53,680 nucleotides of DNA. It comes from Alphaproteobacteria bacterium (GTDB lineage Bacteria; Pseudomonadota; Alphaproteobacteria; JAJTHO01; CANGYM01). Position 1 is the first letter of the stretch, and the number at the start of each line of letters is the position of its first letter. The stretch covers positions 1-53,680 of the forward strand of contig CANGYM010000001.1 of assembly GCA_947458145.1 (NCBI GenBank). Reading direction: 5' to 3'. Position numbers and translations under genes: made by a program. This document shows, in pieces, positions 36,715 to 47,404 of this stretch. The notes under the pieces were generated by a model. The model ran no database searches. It worked only from the letters and a program-made list of their open reading frames with translations, and had not been told where the DNA came from.

Positions 36715-38688
36715 TCAAAACAAATTTGAATACTTTGCCGCGATGGTTTCGGTGATGGCTTTGGGGGTTAGGCCGAAATGGTCATAAACGTCGGCAGCGG
36801 GGGCAGACATGCCAAAGGTTTCTATGCCAAAAATCATGCCCCTTTCCCCCACCAAGCGATACCACGACAGGGGCGATGCGGCCTCAATCGCCACAATGGG
36901 CTGGTCTTTGGGGAAAAGGGCTTCTCGATACGATTCGCTTTGGGCCCAGAACAATTCCTGACAGGGCATAGAAATAACCGTGGCCCCTGCCCCATGCTGG
37001 GCCAGCGCGTTTTGAACATCCACGGCCAAAGACACTTCGGATCCTGTGGCCACCAGGGTGATTTTGGGCGGCAAAGACCCTTCAGAAATCACATAAGCCC
37101 CCCGCGCACTGGCGTTGATAGAAAGATCTGCCTCAGGGTTTCTCAGGGTGGGTAAATCTTGACGGCTGAGGGCCAACACGCTGGGGGTATGACGGTTTTT
37201 CAGGGCGATTTCCCAGCACTCTAACGTTTCCAGCGCATCCGCAGGACGAAAATTATGAACATTGGGAATGGCGCGTAGGGCGGCAAGATGCTCTATGGGC
37301 TGGTGCGTGGGGCCATCTTCCCCCAGACCAATGGAATCATGGGTCAAAACATAAATGACGCCTTGCGCCATCAGGGCCGATAAGCGCAGGGCTGGGCGCA
37401 AATAATCACTAAACACCAAAAACGTCCCGCCGTAGGGAACAAACCCCCCGTACAAAGAAAGGCCGTTCATAATGGCCCCCATGGCATGTTCCCGAACGCC
37501 ATAATGGATATAACGTCCCTCTGGGTGGTTGACGGAAAAGGTTTTTTGACTTTTGGCGCGGGTATTGTTGGATCCGGTCAAATCGGCAGATCCCCCGACC
37601 AACGCCGGCACCAAGGGGGCCAATTGATCCAAAACCAAGCCCGAGGCCTTTCGTGTGGCCATGGTGGGGCGATCCGTGAACCATTGCTTTTTATGGGCCA
37701 AAAGGGCGTCTTGGGCATTCTGAGAAAAATCGGCGTTCAACCGGTTTTTCTGTTCGGGGGGAAGCGCCCCCCATTGTTGTTCCCACGCCAGACGGGCAGA
37801 TTTTCCCCGCACGCCCAAATTGCGCCATGCCGTCAAAACATCATCAGGAATCACAAACGGATCATAGGGCCAAGAGAGGTTTTGCCGCATCTGGGCGATT
37901 TCCTCTTTCCCCAAAGGGGATCCATGGGTGGCGGCGGTCCCTGCTTTGGTGGGGGAGCCCCAGCCAATGACGGTGCGACAGGCGATAAACGTGGGTTTAT
38001 CGGACAACAACGCCTGATCCAGCGCCGCCCGTATGGCGGCGGGATCATGACCATCCACCGCCAGCGCGTGCCAGCCGCAGGCGCGAAAACGGGAAATATG
38101 GTTATCCGAACAGCTAAGATCCGTATCTCCATCAATAGAAATATGATTATCATCAAACAAAACCGTGAGCTTACTCAGCCCCAAGTGCCCCGCAAGGGAA
38201 AGGGCTTCCTGACCCACACCCTCCATCAAACACCCATCACCTGCCACGACAAAGGTGCGGTGGGAAATGATGTCTTTGCCCAGTTCCGCACGCATCATAT
38301 GTTCCGCGATGGCCATGCCAACAGCATTGCCTAACCCTTGACCCAAGGGGCCCGTGGTGGTTTCAATACCAAAGCCCAAATCATGTTCAGGGTGCCCAGG
38401 GGTTTTGCTACCCCGCTGGCGAAAGGCTTTGAGTTGATCCAACGTGGCCTCTGGATACCCCAGCAAATAGGCTAGGCTGTAAAGGGCCGCTGATCCATGT
38501 CCGGCGGATAAAATAAACCGGTCCCGATTGGCCCACGTGGGACAAGAGGCATCAAAAGATAAAAATTCAGAAAAAAGAACCGTCAAAACATCCGCCATGC
38601 CCAGCGGCATTCCGGGGTGACCCGAAGCGGCCTTTTCCACCATATCGACACTCAAAAACCGTAACGCAGTGGCCAAAGAAAGAGTCAT
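36715..38688 (-). CDS. tkt: Transketolase
   Basis: SGHPGMPLGMADV, the GDGCLMEGV thiamine-diphosphate motif and ...THDSIGLGEDGPTHQPIEH. Confidence 0.97.
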   Translation of the reverse strand: MTLSLATALRFLSVDMVEKAASGHPGMPLGMADVLTVLFSEFLSFDASCPTWANRDRFILSAGHGSAALYSLAYLLGYPEATLDQLKAFRQRGSKTPGHPEHDLGFGIETTTGPLGQGLGNAVGMAIAEHMMRAELGKDIISHRTFVVAGDGCLMEGVGQEALSLAGHLGLSKLTVLFDDNHISIDGDTDLSCSDNHISRFRACGWHALAVDGHDPAAIRAALDQALLSDKPTFIACRTVIGWGSPTKAGTAATHGSPLGKEEIAQMRQNLSWPYDPFVIPDDVLTAWRNLGVRGKSARLAWEQQWGALPPEQKNRLNADFSQNAQDALLAHKKQWFTDRPTMATRKASGLVLDQLAPLVPALVGGSADLTGSNNTRAKSQKTFSVNHPEGRYIHYGVREHAMGAIMNGLSLYGGFVPYGGTFLVFSDYLRPALRLSALMAQGVIYVLTHDSIGLGEDGPTHQPIEHLAALRAIPNVHNFRPADALETLECWEIALKNRHTPSVLALSRQDLPTLRNPEADLSINASARGAYVISEGSLPPKITLVATGSEVSLAVDVQNALAQHGAGATVISMPCQELFWAQSESYREALFPKDQPIVAIEAASPLSWYRLVGERGMIFGIETFGMSAPAADVYDHFGLTPKAITETIAAKYSNLF

Positions 38689-38757
38689 AAAAATCTCAAA
38701 AATCGGGTTGTTATTTTCGCCTGTTCAAGTGCCTTGCGAAGAGGAAAAAAGTCCCTT

Positions 38758-39165
38758 ATGAATGAAGGTCTGAAACGTGCCACACCATACAGAAACACAC
38801 GGTTTTCGTCAATGACCACCGCCATGGCTTTTGAATCTGATGTTGAATTGCCCAAAACTGAGGCGGCCCTCGAACGCGCCCATTTGGCAATTAGGGAATT
38901 GCAAAGGACTCTGGCTGAACGCCTGCTGGCGGAACAAGAATCCTATCTGGCGCTAGAGCGCGATTATAAAACACTGAAAGCAGAACGGGATGCTTTGACA
39001 GCCCGTTTAAAGCAAAAAGAGGGTGTATCCCCCTCCCCTGCCCCCAGCTCAACAAAGCCTGCCTCGGATCCCACATGGCGCACAGAGGTGGATCAGGCCT
39101 TGGCACTGGTGGATCAGGCGTTGACTCTTCTGGCCCCCGATTCCAAAACCGAGGCCCCCCAATGA
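38758..39165 (+). CDS. Coiled-coil protein upstream of zapA (ZauP/DUF4164-like)
   Basis: The heptad-rich stretch ALERAHLAIRELQRTLAERLLAEQESYLALERDYKTLKAERDALTARLKQ is followed by a P/S-rich tail. Its stop overlaps the zapA ATG (ATGA). The start is 38758 or 38812. Confidence 0.55.
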   Translation: MNEGLKRATPYRNTRFSSMTTAMAFESDVELPKTEAALERAHLAIRELQRTLAERLLAEQESYLALERDYKTLKAERDALTARLKQKEGVSPSPAPSSTKPASDPTWRTEVDQALALVDQALTLLAPDSKTEAPQ

Positions 39166-39539
39166 CCCAAATCGTTGATGTTGAAGTTGTTATCCACGGC
39201 AAGCCCTATACCCTGTCATGCCAACGCGGACAAGAGGGGCATTTAAGAAAACTGGCCGAGGTTGCGGATGAGCGCGTCAACAAAATTTGGCGCCAAGTGG
39301 GCAAAAAGATGGTCCTTTCAGAAACCAAGCTTTTGGTGATGACATTACTGATGTTGGCGGATGAACTGTTCGATGCCAAATCAGGGGCCAGTCCTAAAGA
39401 CGCAGGAACCTTAAATCCTGCCCCCGCCCCGAGCATACGGGATACAGGGGACGACGATGCCCAATACGAACAAAAGATTCAAGCCATCACCGATAAAATT
39501 ACCCTGATCTGCAACAAATTGGCGGTGTCTTCTAACTAG
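39162..39539 (+). CDS. zapA: Cell division protein ZapA
   Basis: VEVVIHGKPYTLSCQRGQEGHLRKLAEVADERV...ETKLLVMTLLMLADEL is the ZapA fold signature. Confidence 0.85.
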   Translation: MTQIVDVEVVIHGKPYTLSCQRGQEGHLRKLAEVADERVNKIWRQVGKKMVLSETKLLVMTLLMLADELFDAKSGASPKDAGTLNPAPAPSIRDTGDDDAQYEQKIQAITDKITLICNKLAVSSN

Positions 39540-39546
39540 GTATGCC

Positions 39547-41463
39547 TCATGCGGGGTTTAAGAGGATCTTCAAAAAATCCTCCTGGGAAAGAGTTTCTGT
39601 TTCTGTGCTGCCCAAACGACGCAGGGTTACGGTGCCCTCTTCGGCCTCTTTCGCGCCGATGATGGCGAGTATGGGGATTTTTTTCAGAGAATGCTCCCGA
39701 ATTTTATAGGACACTTTTTCGCTGCGGGTATCCAGAACGGCCCGCACCCCTGCACCCTTCAGCGTTTCATAAACAGCCAGAGCGGCCGCATCTTGGGCAC
39801 TGGTGATGGTCAAGACAGCCACCTGCGTGGGGGCCAACCACAGGGGCAAATGGCCCGCGGTATTTTCCAGCAGGATCCCGATAAAACGCTCTAAACTGCC
39901 CAAAATGGCACGATGTAACATAACGGGATGAACCTTCTCCCCCGAAGGATCCACATAATGGGCGCCCAAGCGTTCGGGCAAAATAAAATCACATTGCAAC
40001 GTTCCGCACTGCCAATCCCGCCCGATGGCATCGCGCAGGACAAACTCTAGCTTGGGACCATAAAACGCCCCCTCACCCGGATTTAGGGTAAAATCAAGAC
40101 CCGAGGCCACAGCGGCCTCTTTTAACGCCTTTTCCGCCCGATCCCACGTGTCATCACTGCCCGCGCGTTTTTCAGGACGGTCAGAAAATTTGATACGGAC
40201 GTCATGAAAACCAAAATCAGCATAAACCTCTTTCAGCAGGGCGCAAAACGCCACCGCTTCTGCGTTAATTTGATCCGGCGTGCAAAAAATGTGGGCATCG
40301 TCCTGGTGAAAGGTCCGAAGGCGCAGCAACCCGTGCAAAGATCCCGAGGATTCATTCCGGTGCAGGGTATTAAATTCCGTCAGCCGCAACGGCAAATCGC
40401 GGTAACTTTTGATGCCCTGTTTAAAAATTTGAACATGCCCTGGGCAGTTCATGGGCTTGATGGCAAAGGTTTTTTCGTCTTCGCCGTGCTGACAAACAAA
40501 CATATTGTCACGGAATTTATCCCAGTGACCCGATTGTTCCCACAGGGTTTTGTCCACCAGAATGGGGGTGTTGACCTCTTGATAGCCGTGCTGCTGCATT
40601 TTTTTCAAAATATATTGCACAACCCCCTGATAAACGGTCCATCCGGCTGGGTGCCAGAAAATGCTGCCGGGGGCTTCTTCCTGAAAATGGAACAATTCCA
40701 TGGCGCGACCCAGTTTTCGGTGATCGCGTTTCTCGGCTTCCTCCAGCATGGTTAAATAGGCCTTCAGATCGTCTTGGCTGGCCCACGCGGTGCCGTAAAT
40801 CCTTTGCAACATGGGATTTTTGGCATCGCCGCGCCAATACGCCCCCGCCACCCGCTGCAGTTTAAAGGCCATACCCACATGGCCCGTGGTGGGAAAATGG
40901 GGACCGCGACACAAATCCACAAATTCACCTTGACGGTAAAGCGTGATGATCTCGTTTTCGGGCAAATCACGGATGATTTCTGCCTTAAAATGCTCCCCCA
41001 TCCCCTCAAAAAAAGACATGGCTTTGTTGCGTTCCCAGACTTCTCGCACCAGGGGAATCTTAGCCTCAACAATCTGGCGCATTTTGGCCTCGATGGCCGC
41101 CAGATCCTCTTCGCGGAAAGGCTCCGGCGTATGAAAATCATAATAAAACCCATTCTCGATAGAGGGACCAATGGTCACCTGAACATCGGGATACAGGGCC
41201 TTGACCGCCTGCGCCATAATGTGGGCGGCGTCGTGACGCAGCGTGTCCAAAGCTGCGGGATCCTCGACACTCAGAAGACTCACCCGCGCATCCTGCGTAA
41301 TGGTGTGGGAAAGATCATAGAGCGTATCGTTCAGGGACAACAGAACCGACCGCTTGGCCAAGCTTTTGCTGATGGAATTGGCCAGATCAACCCCCGTGAT
41401 CGGGGCATCATAGGTACGCTGGGAAGCATCGGGAAACGTCAGGGTTATGGGCATAACATGCAA
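39547..41463 (-). CDS. thrS: Threonine--tRNA ligase
   Basis: A TGS N-domain, the second additional domain, class II motifs (FRDNMF, ...[26 protein letters not shown]) and an anticodon-binding C-terminus. The start is 41463 or 41454. Confidence 0.96.
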   Translation of the reverse strand: MHVMPITLTFPDASQRTYDAPITGVDLANSISKSLAKRSVLLSLNDTLYDLSHTITQDARVSLLSVEDPAALDTLRHDAAHIMAQAVKALYPDVQVTIGPSIENGFYYDFHTPEPFREEDLAAIEAKMRQIVEAKIPLVREVWERNKAMSFFEGMGEHFKAEIIRDLPENEIITLYRQGEFVDLCRGPHFPTTGHVGMAFKLQRVAGAYWRGDAKNPMLQRIYGTAWASQDDLKAYLTMLEEAEKRDHRKLGRAMELFHFQEEAPGSIFWHPAGWTVYQGVVQYILKKMQQHGYQEVNTPILVDKTLWEQSGHWDKFRDNMFVCQHGEDEKTFAIKPMNCPGHVQIFKQGIKSYRDLPLRLTEFNTLHRNESSGSLHGLLRLRTFHQDDAHIFCTPDQINAEAVAFCALLKEVYADFGFHDVRIKFSDRPEKRAGSDDTWDRAEKALKEAAVASGLDFTLNPGEGAFYGPKLEFVLRDAIGRDWQCGTLQCDFILPERLGAHYVDPSGEKVHPVMLHRAILGSLERFIGILLENTAGHLPLWLAPTQVAVLTITSAQDAAALAVYETLKGAGVRAVLDTRSEKVSYKIREHSLKKIPILAIIGAKEAEEGTVTLRRLGSTETETLSQEDFLKILLNPA

Positions 41464-41550
41464 AAGAAGTGTGAAAAAATCTTTTTAACAGAGGATGGGC
41501 GAAGACGGTAGAGAAATGTTCAAAGACACCCCCCTGTGATGCATACCCCC

Positions 41551-41579
41551 CTTGCACCTCTCCCCCGCAGCGCTTATAT
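41551..41579 (+). promoter_or_regulatory. RpoH-type promoter for dnaJ
   Basis: CCCTTGCA ... CTTATATA: CTTG (41551-41554), an 18-nt spacer, then CTTATAT (41573-41579). This matches CTTG-N17/18-CYTATNT and lies 35 nt before the dnaJ ATG. Confidence 0.55.
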
Positions 41580-41613
41580 AAAGGCCTGAACGTAGAGAAA
41601 GTTTTTTGACCCT

Positions 41614-42750
41614 ATGGCCGATTATTATCAACTTTTGGGTGTTGACCGCAATGCCAGTGCAGAGGACATCAAAAAGGCCTTTCGCAAACTGGCCATGAAA
41701 TACCATCCCGATAAAAATCCTGGGGATGTCAAGGCAGAGGAAACATTTAAGGAAATCAACCAAGCCTATGAGGTTTTAAGCAACGCTGAAAAGCGCAAAA
41801 CCTATGATCAATACGGCCATGAACATTATCAACGGGCCCAATCAGGGGGGGGTGCGGGGCCTGGGGGCTTTGATTTTTCTTCTGGGTTTTCAGATATTTT
41901 TGACGAGGTTTTCAATGACTTCATGGGCGGCGGGCGCAAACGTCGCGGCGGTGGCTCTATGCAGCAACCGGGCTCGGACCTGCGCTATAATTTGGATATT
42001 ACGTTAGAAGAAGCCTTTAAGGGCAAAAAAACCACCATTAAATTTTCATCCCAGATGGCCTGCGAATCCTGTCAAGGAACCGGCGCCGCCGAGGGGTCAT
42101 CCCAAGTCACCTGTCCTAGCTGTCAGGGGGCAGGGCGTATCCGGTCTCAGCAGGGATTTTTTGCCTTCGAGCGGACCTGTGCCCAATGTCAAGGGGCCGG
42201 CGTCATCATTGAAAAGCCCTGTCGCCCTTGCCAAGGCCAAGGCCGCGTGAACAAACAGCGCACTTTAGAGGTCACCATCCCCGTCGGGGTCGAAGATGGC
42301 ACCCGCATCCGTTTGGCCGGTGAGGGAGAATCCGGCCTGCGCGGCGGCGGTGCTGGGGATTTGTATATTTTTCTTTCCATCAAGGCCCATACATTTTTTG
42401 AACGTCAAGCCGAACATTTGTTTTGCCATGCCACCATCCCCATGGTCACGGCCACTCTGGGCGGGATCATCGAAATTCCGGGGATTGAGGGAAAACGTCT
42501 GAAAGTCCCCATACCCGAAGGCACCCAAGCCGGCCAGAAAATCCGCCTGAAAGGACAGGGGATGCCCAAATTGCGATCCACCCTGCGGGGGGATTTGTAT
42601 ATTGACGTCACCGTAGAAACCCCCGTCAACCTGACGGAGCGTCAAAAAGAGCTGCTGAAGGAATTTTCCGGCATCGGCAACAAAACCAGCCCAAAATCCG
42701 AAGGGTTTTTTGATAAAATCAAGGGATTATGGGGCGATTTGACGGAATAA
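41614..42750 (+). CDS. dnaJ: Chaperone DnaJ (Hsp40)
   Basis: J-domain DYYQLLGV...[10 protein letters not shown], a G/F-rich region, and four CxxCxGxG zinc-finger repeats. Confidence 0.97.
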   Translation: MADYYQLLGVDRNASAEDIKKAFRKLAMKYHPDKNPGDVKAEETFKEINQAYEVLSNAEKRKTYDQYGHEHYQRAQSGGGAGPGGFDFSSGFSDIFDEVFNDFMGGGRKRRGGGSMQQPGSDLRYNLDITLEEAFKGKKTTIKFSSQMACESCQGTGAAEGSSQVTCPSCQGAGRIRSQQGFFAFERTCAQCQGAGVIIEKPCRPCQGQGRVNKQRTLEVTIPVGVEDGTRIRLAGEGESGLRGGGAGDLYIFLSIKAHTFFERQAEHLFCHATIPMVTATLGGIIEIPGIEGKRLKVPIPEGTQAGQKIRLKGQGMPKLRSTLRGDLYIDVTVETPVNLTERQKELLKEFSGIGNKTSPKSEGFFDKIKGLWGDLTE

Positions 42751-42783
42751 TCCCCAAAATCCCATCCTTAGGAACACCCCAAA

Positions 42784-44049
42784 ATGTCACAACGAAAAAA
42801 AATCGCCATCATTGGGACAGGCATTTCGGGTTTGGGTGCGGCCTCTTTGCTGCACCCCCATCACGACATTACGGTTTATGAAAAAAATGACTATATCGGG
42901 GGCCACAGCCGCACGGTGGATGTGGCCATGCCCGAGGGGCAAATCCCCGTGGATACGGGATTTATTGTGTTTAATCATAAAAATTATCCCCTGTTGACCC
43001 GTTTGTTTGATGCACTGCGGGTTCCCGTCATCAAAAGCAATATGTCCTTTGCCGCCAGCATTAACCAAGGATGGCTGGAATATGGCACTCAGTCGGTGGG
43101 CAGTGTTTTTGCCCAAAAACGCAATCTGCTGCGCCCCTCGTTTTGGCGGATGGTGGCCAACGTATTTCAGTTTAACGCCCGCGCTTTGGCCTATGCAAAC
43201 AAAGATCCCTCAGTCACCCTGAAAGACTGTTTGGATGATCTGGGCATGGGGCCATGGTTTCGTGATTATTTCTTGCTGGCCATGGGCGGGGCCATTTGGA
43301 GCACCCCTCTGTCAGAAATGATGCATTTTCCCGCCCAAACCTTTGTGCGTTTTTTTGAAAATCATGGCCTGCTGAGCCTAAATGACCAGCCGCAATGGTA
43401 CACCGTCCAAGGGGGCAGCCGTGTTTATGTTGCGTTGTTGACAGCGCCGTTTAAAGACCGCATTCGCCTTTCCAGCGGGGTTACCCGATTATGGCGCGAT
43501 GGCGAAGGGGTCGTGGTTCAGGACGTTTCCGGACAGCAGAACCGTTATGATGAAGCCATTCTGGCCTGTCATGCCGATCAGGCATTGGCCATGATGGGGG
43601 ATGCCAACGCCACGGAACAAGAGATTTTGGGGGCTTTTTCCTATCAACCCAACCATGCGGTGCTGCACAGCGATGTTGGGTTTATGCCCAGGCGTCGGGC
43701 CGCGTGGGCCAGCTGGGTTTATCTGTCAGAAAACAAAGCGGATCAGTCCCCCGTTGTGTCCCTAAGTTACTGGATGAACAATCTGCAATCCCTGCCCACA
43801 CCAACCCCCCTGATGGTGACATTAAATCCGGGGAAGCCACCCGCAGAGGCCTTGGTTCATAATGCCTATACCTTTGAACATCCTGTGTTTCATGCAAACG
43901 CCATTAAAAATCAAAGCCGCATCGGCACGCTGCAGGGGCACAACCGCCTGTGGTTTTGCGGGGCCTATCAACGGTATGGATTTCACGAAGACGGTCTGGC
44001 CAGTGCGGTGGCCGTCGCCCAAGCCATGGGAATCGACCCACCATGGTAA
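42784..44049 (+). CDS. Flavin-dependent amine-oxidase/desaturase-like oxidoreductase (UfaD-like partner of cfa clusters)
   Basis: An N-terminal dinucleotide fold, KIAIIGTGISGLGAA...YEKNDYIGGH. It starts 33 nt after the dnaJ stop and overlaps the next gene. Confidence 0.75.
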   Translation: MSQRKKIAIIGTGISGLGAASLLHPHHDITVYEKNDYIGGHSRTVDVAMPEGQIPVDTGFIVFNHKNYPLLTRLFDALRVPVIKSNMSFAASINQGWLEYGTQSVGSVFAQKRNLLRPSFWRMVANVFQFNARALAYANKDPSVTLKDCLDDLGMGPWFRDYFLLAMGGAIWSTPLSEMMHFPAQTFVRFFENHGLLSLNDQPQWYTVQGGSRVYVALLTAPFKDRIRLSSGVTRLWRDGEGVVVQDVSGQQNRYDEAILACHADQALAMMGDANATEQEILGAFSYQPNHAVLHSDVGFMPRRRAAWASWVYLSENKADQSPVVSLSYWMNNLQSLPTPTPLMVTLNPGKPPAEALVHNAYTFEHPVFHANAIKNQSRIGTLQGHNRLWFCGAYQRYGFHEDGLASAVAVAQAMGIDPPW

Positions 44050-44807
44050 AGGGCCCCCAGATTTACACGGCCCGTGTGATGCACAAGCGTCTGTTTCCCA
44101 AAGAAAATACATTTTCCTACGGCGTGTATTACATGGCCCTGCCCTTGCCGGCAGAGACAATATCCAGCGTTTGGGGAACCTTTGATCCCCATGATGTGGG
44201 GTACCGCGATGGTCGCGATCCTTTGGAATGGGTCAGGGATATTCTCAGCGCCCAAGGCCTTTCCGAACACGTACACACCATAATCCTGATCACCATGCCC
44301 AAGGTTTTGGGATATGTATTTAATCCCGTTAGTTTTTATTTATGTCTGGATACCCAAAACGCCCTACGGGCCGTTGTGTGCGAGGTTCATAATACCTTTG
44401 GGGAACAACACAGTTATGTATGTTTCCATGCCGATCATCGACCATTGGATTCGGAAACATGGATCTGTGGCCAAAAGGTGTTTCATGTCTCCCCCTTTTT
44501 GGAAAGAAACGGCACCTATCGCTTTCGGTTCGACTGGCAAGAGGATCGTTTGGGGGTCTGGATTGATTATTATGACGAAAACGACAACAAACAACTGATC
44601 ACCGCCCTTTGGGGCACGTTTTCACCGCTAACCAAAAAAAACTGGCGCTTGGCCTTTTGGCGCCACCCCCTCGTGACCCTGAAAGCGATTGTTCTGATTC
44701 ACAGACAGGCCCTGCGTTTGGCCCTGTATGGCATTGGCTATAAACCCAAGCCCACCCAACGACCAGACACTGTGAGTGTGTGTGAAGGACAAAAAACGGA
44801 TGTTTGA
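44043..44807 (+). CDS. DUF1365-family protein (UfaO-like)
   Basis: IYTARVMHKRLFPKENTFSYGVYYMALPL...FNPVSFYLC... matches DUF1365 as I recall it. The ATG at 44043 overlaps the upstream stop (ATGGTAA). Confidence 0.65.
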   Translation: MVKGPQIYTARVMHKRLFPKENTFSYGVYYMALPLPAETISSVWGTFDPHDVGYRDGRDPLEWVRDILSAQGLSEHVHTIILITMPKVLGYVFNPVSFYLCLDTQNALRAVVCEVHNTFGEQHSYVCFHADHRPLDSETWICGQKVFHVSPFLERNGTYRFRFDWQEDRLGVWIDYYDENDNKQLITALWGTFSPLTKKNWRLAFWRHPLVTLKAIVLIHRQALRLALYGIGYKPKPTQRPDTVSVCEGQKTDV

Positions 44808-44816
44808 TCCGTTTTT
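44791..44816. terminator. Bidirectional rho-independent terminator shared by the convergent lipid-modification operons
   Basis: AAAAAACGGAT-GTTTG-ATCCGTTTTT is perfectly symmetric, with an A-run and a T-run on either side. It overlaps the TGA of the DUF1365 gene (44805-44807) and the TAA of the SDR gene (44815-44817). Confidence 0.75.
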
Positions 44817-45573
44817 ATCCCTTCATCCGTGATGTTATTTTTAAGGAGAGGGCATAGGGTAAGGCCCGAAGAAATTTAAGAAAAAACGTAAATCTTTTGG
44901 GAAAGTGGATTTCAAAACGTTTGGATAACAGGCCATCGGCAATGGCGAGGGCCGCTTGATCTGGCTCGATAATCATGGGCATGGAAAAATTGTTTTTATC
45001 CGTTAGGGGGGTGCGGACAAATCCGGGGCTGATGAGTTTGACATCACAATGATGACCCTCTTCGGCATGCAGACTTTCGGCCAGATTGATGATGGCGGCC
45101 TTGGTTGCGCTATAGGGCTGGCCCTCTGGCAATCCCATATATCCGGCCACACTGCCACACAGGGCGATTTGTCCGTGACTTTCCCGCAAAAAAGGAAGAG
45201 CCGCCTGAATCAGATAAAACGCCCCCATCAGGTTTGTGGTAACAATCTGATGGGTCAGGGGGATATCAAGGGCACTCAGGCGCATGGGATCATAGCCCGC
45301 GGCCATAAAAATCACCCGATCCATGGAACCCATCGTTGTTTTGATGCTATGGGCCACCGTTTGCGTGGCCGCAGGATCCGAAACATCCAAAGGAAAAACA
45401 CGGTGACGATCGGGTCCCAAAGAGGCACAAAGATCCTGCAAAGCCTCAACCCGCCTGCCCGACAGGGCCAATCTGGCCCCCCTTTGCGATAAAACTTTGG
45501 CCAAGGCGGCCCCGATGCCACTGCTGGCCCCCACCAGCCAGACAACTTGACCCCGATAGGTGTTCAAAATCAT
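44815..45573 (-). CDS. Short-chain dehydrogenase/reductase
   Basis: The TGxxxGIG-type motif VWLVGASSGIGAAL and the YSATKAA catalytic motif. Confidence 0.85.
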   Translation of the reverse strand: MILNTYRGQVVWLVGASSGIGAALAKVLSQRGARLALSGRRVEALQDLCASLGPDRHRVFPLDVSDPAATQTVAHSIKTTMGSMDRVIFMAAGYDPMRLSALDIPLTHQIVTTNLMGAFYLIQAALPFLRESHGQIALCGSVAGYMGLPEGQPYSATKAAIINLAESLHAEEGHHCDVKLISPGFVRTPLTDKNNFSMPMIIEPDQAALAIADGLLSKRFEIHFPKRFTFFLKFLRALPYALSLKITSRMKG

Positions 45574-46109
45574 GGGTTTTGCTTTTGCATGAATAACGTC
45601 AGTTCCGCCACCGTAAAGCCAAATTTTTTCAGATAGGACCGATTCACAACCACACCATCATTCATGGCCCACATCCAATCATCAAAACGAATGCGGTATG
45701 TGCTGCCGTCCACATCCAGATCCATCACATAGTTCCAGCGCACGGCGCTGCCCAAGGTTTCCCCTTTGGCGGTGCCCAAAATGTCCGACGCGGTGCCTTC
45801 GTACTGGCCGTTTGCTATTTTTTTAATGTGCCAAATGCGCTGTTGTGTTTTTTGGGTATCATAATACACAAAATTCTCGGTCAGGGTGCCTTCGTCCCCT
45901 TCCCATTTTCCAACCATGGTGACATCAAAACGGCTGACCACGCGGCCGCGCCAGTCTTGGATAATGCCCCAGCCCTTGATGGGGCCGTTAAAATAGGTTT
46001 TGATATCAGCTTGGGGCTTGGTGTCTTTGTAAGTATCCATAGAATGTCCGGCGCATCCACTAAACATAACCAAAATTCCCATCAAGCTTAATAATTTTGT
46101 GACTTTCAT
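45570..46109 (-). CDS. Lipocalin-like lipoprotein (DUF3833-like)
   Basis: A lipobox is present (LVMFSGC). The beta-rich sequence includes ...YFNGPIKGWGIIQDWRGRV... There are ATGA overlaps at both ends. Confidence 0.6.
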   Translation of the reverse strand: MKVTKLLSLMGILVMFSGCAGHSMDTYKDTKPQADIKTYFNGPIKGWGIIQDWRGRVVSRFDVTMVGKWEGDEGTLTENFVYYDTQKTQQRIWHIKKIANGQYEGTASDILGTAKGETLGSAVRWNYVMDLDVDGSTYRIRFDDWMWAMNDGVVVNRSYLKKFGFTVAELTLFMQKQNP

Positions 46110-47404
46110 ACTGTCCTCTTAGACGTTCTGATAAAAAAACCATACAAAAACCCTGCTGCAATCAACTTTAAAAGACAAGGAATAAACGCATAGCCTAGGG
46201 ACAGGACCCCAAGGGCCTCGGGGGTATTGACCGCTTGGGGTTTAAAGCCTGCGGCATCCAACAGCGGCAAAGCCACAACAGAGGCCAGAGCCAAGCTGGC
46301 CTTTGTCATAAAGGCCAAACAGGCATAATGAATCCCCGAAAAACGATGATTTTGATGACGATGAATGTCATCAGACAACAGCGACGGGGGCAACGTCAAA
46401 TCCGCCCCCAGCGCCATCCCCGAAACCACGCACACCACGGCATAGGGCCACACATCCCCCGCCCCCAAGAAAAACGCCCCCACAAATCCAAAAACCGCCA
46501 GAATTTTTGAAAAAAACCACGCCCGATGCTTTCCATAACGCACACTGATTTTTTTCCACAGCGGCATACCCAAAGCGCCGGATAAAAAATACAGCAGCAG
46601 AAACGGCCCTGTTAAATCCTCTGCCCCCAAAAGATCCCGCACATAAAAAATCACCAACACCGCGGGTATGCTGGAGGCCAGCATGCTAACCCCATACACA
46701 AAAAACAACCGCAGACTGGCCACGGGCAACGCGCGTAGCCCAAGGAAGATGGATCCATGCTCAGGGATATCTTTGGTCTGTTGGGCAGTTTGCTGCCTTG
46801 CGCGGCGCAGGGTCGGCGCAACGGTTAAAAAGGCCCAAAGCCCAAGGAGCATCAAAACAACCAAAATGCCGGAATACCACAAAAAGACCGTTTCTTTGGG
46901 AACCGTCTTTGACAAAAGAGAGGGCAGCGACACCGCAATGACCAAACCAATCAGGCCAAAGGCCTCCCGCGCCCCCGCAATACGGGTTTGATCGTTGGGA
47001 TCACGAGTCCACAGCGTGGCCTGCGCCCCCAAAGTAATGCCCAAAAGACTATGAGCCGTCACAGCCAACAGGGTGCACAGCAAAAACCAAACAGGGGCCG
47101 AAATCAAAACAACATTAAAAAGCCCCGCCAAAGCAAGACACAAGACAATTCCCCCAATGATCATAAACAGGCCAAAACGCCCATGCTGACGATCAATCAA
47201 CCACCCCATCAGGGGATCCTGAACGGCATCCACCAACCGAATGGACAGCAGCAACGCCCCCAGAAGGGTCAACGAAACACCGTGCTGGGTGGCATAAAAA
47301 TCAGGGGCCAACACATACAGGGGAAAGCCCGCAAAGGCCATGGGCAACGCCATCAATCCATAAAGCCAAAGGGATTTTGGCGTCACCGCCATGGACGACA
47401 TCAC
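46106..47404 (-). CDS. MFS/GPH-family transporter
   Basis: It is 12-TM-like, with DAVQDPLMGWLIDR, a GPH/MFS loop motif. The start is GTG 47404 or ATG 47401, overlapping the upstream stop. Confidence 0.75.
   Translation of the reverse strand: MMSSMAVTPKSLWLYGLMALPMAFAGFPLYVLAPDFYATQHGVSLTLLGALLLSIRLVDAVQDPLMGWLIDRQHGRFGLFMIIGGIVLCLALAGLFNVVLISAPVWFLLCTLLAVTAHSLLGITLGAQATLWTRDPNDQTRIAGAREAFGLIGLVIAVSLPSLLSKTVPKETVFLWYSGILVVLMLLGLWAFLTVAPTLRRARQQTAQQTKDIPEHGSIFLGLRALPVASLRLFFVYGVSMLASSIPAVLVIFYVRDLLGAEDLTGPFLLLYFLSGALGMPLWKKISVRYGKHRAWFFSKILAVFGFVGAFFLGAGDVWPYAVVCVVSGMALGADLTLPPSLLSDDIHRHQNHRFSGIHYACLAFMTKASLALASVVALPLLDAAGFKPQAVNTPEALGVLSLGYAFIPCLLKLIAAGFLYGFFIRTSKRTV

Noticed and set aside
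39540-39546. A 6S RNA (ssrS) downstream of zapA, as in the zapA-ssrS arrangement of other Proteobacteria.
   Set aside because: Only 7 nt separate the zapA stop from the convergent thrS stop, leaving no room for an RNA gene.
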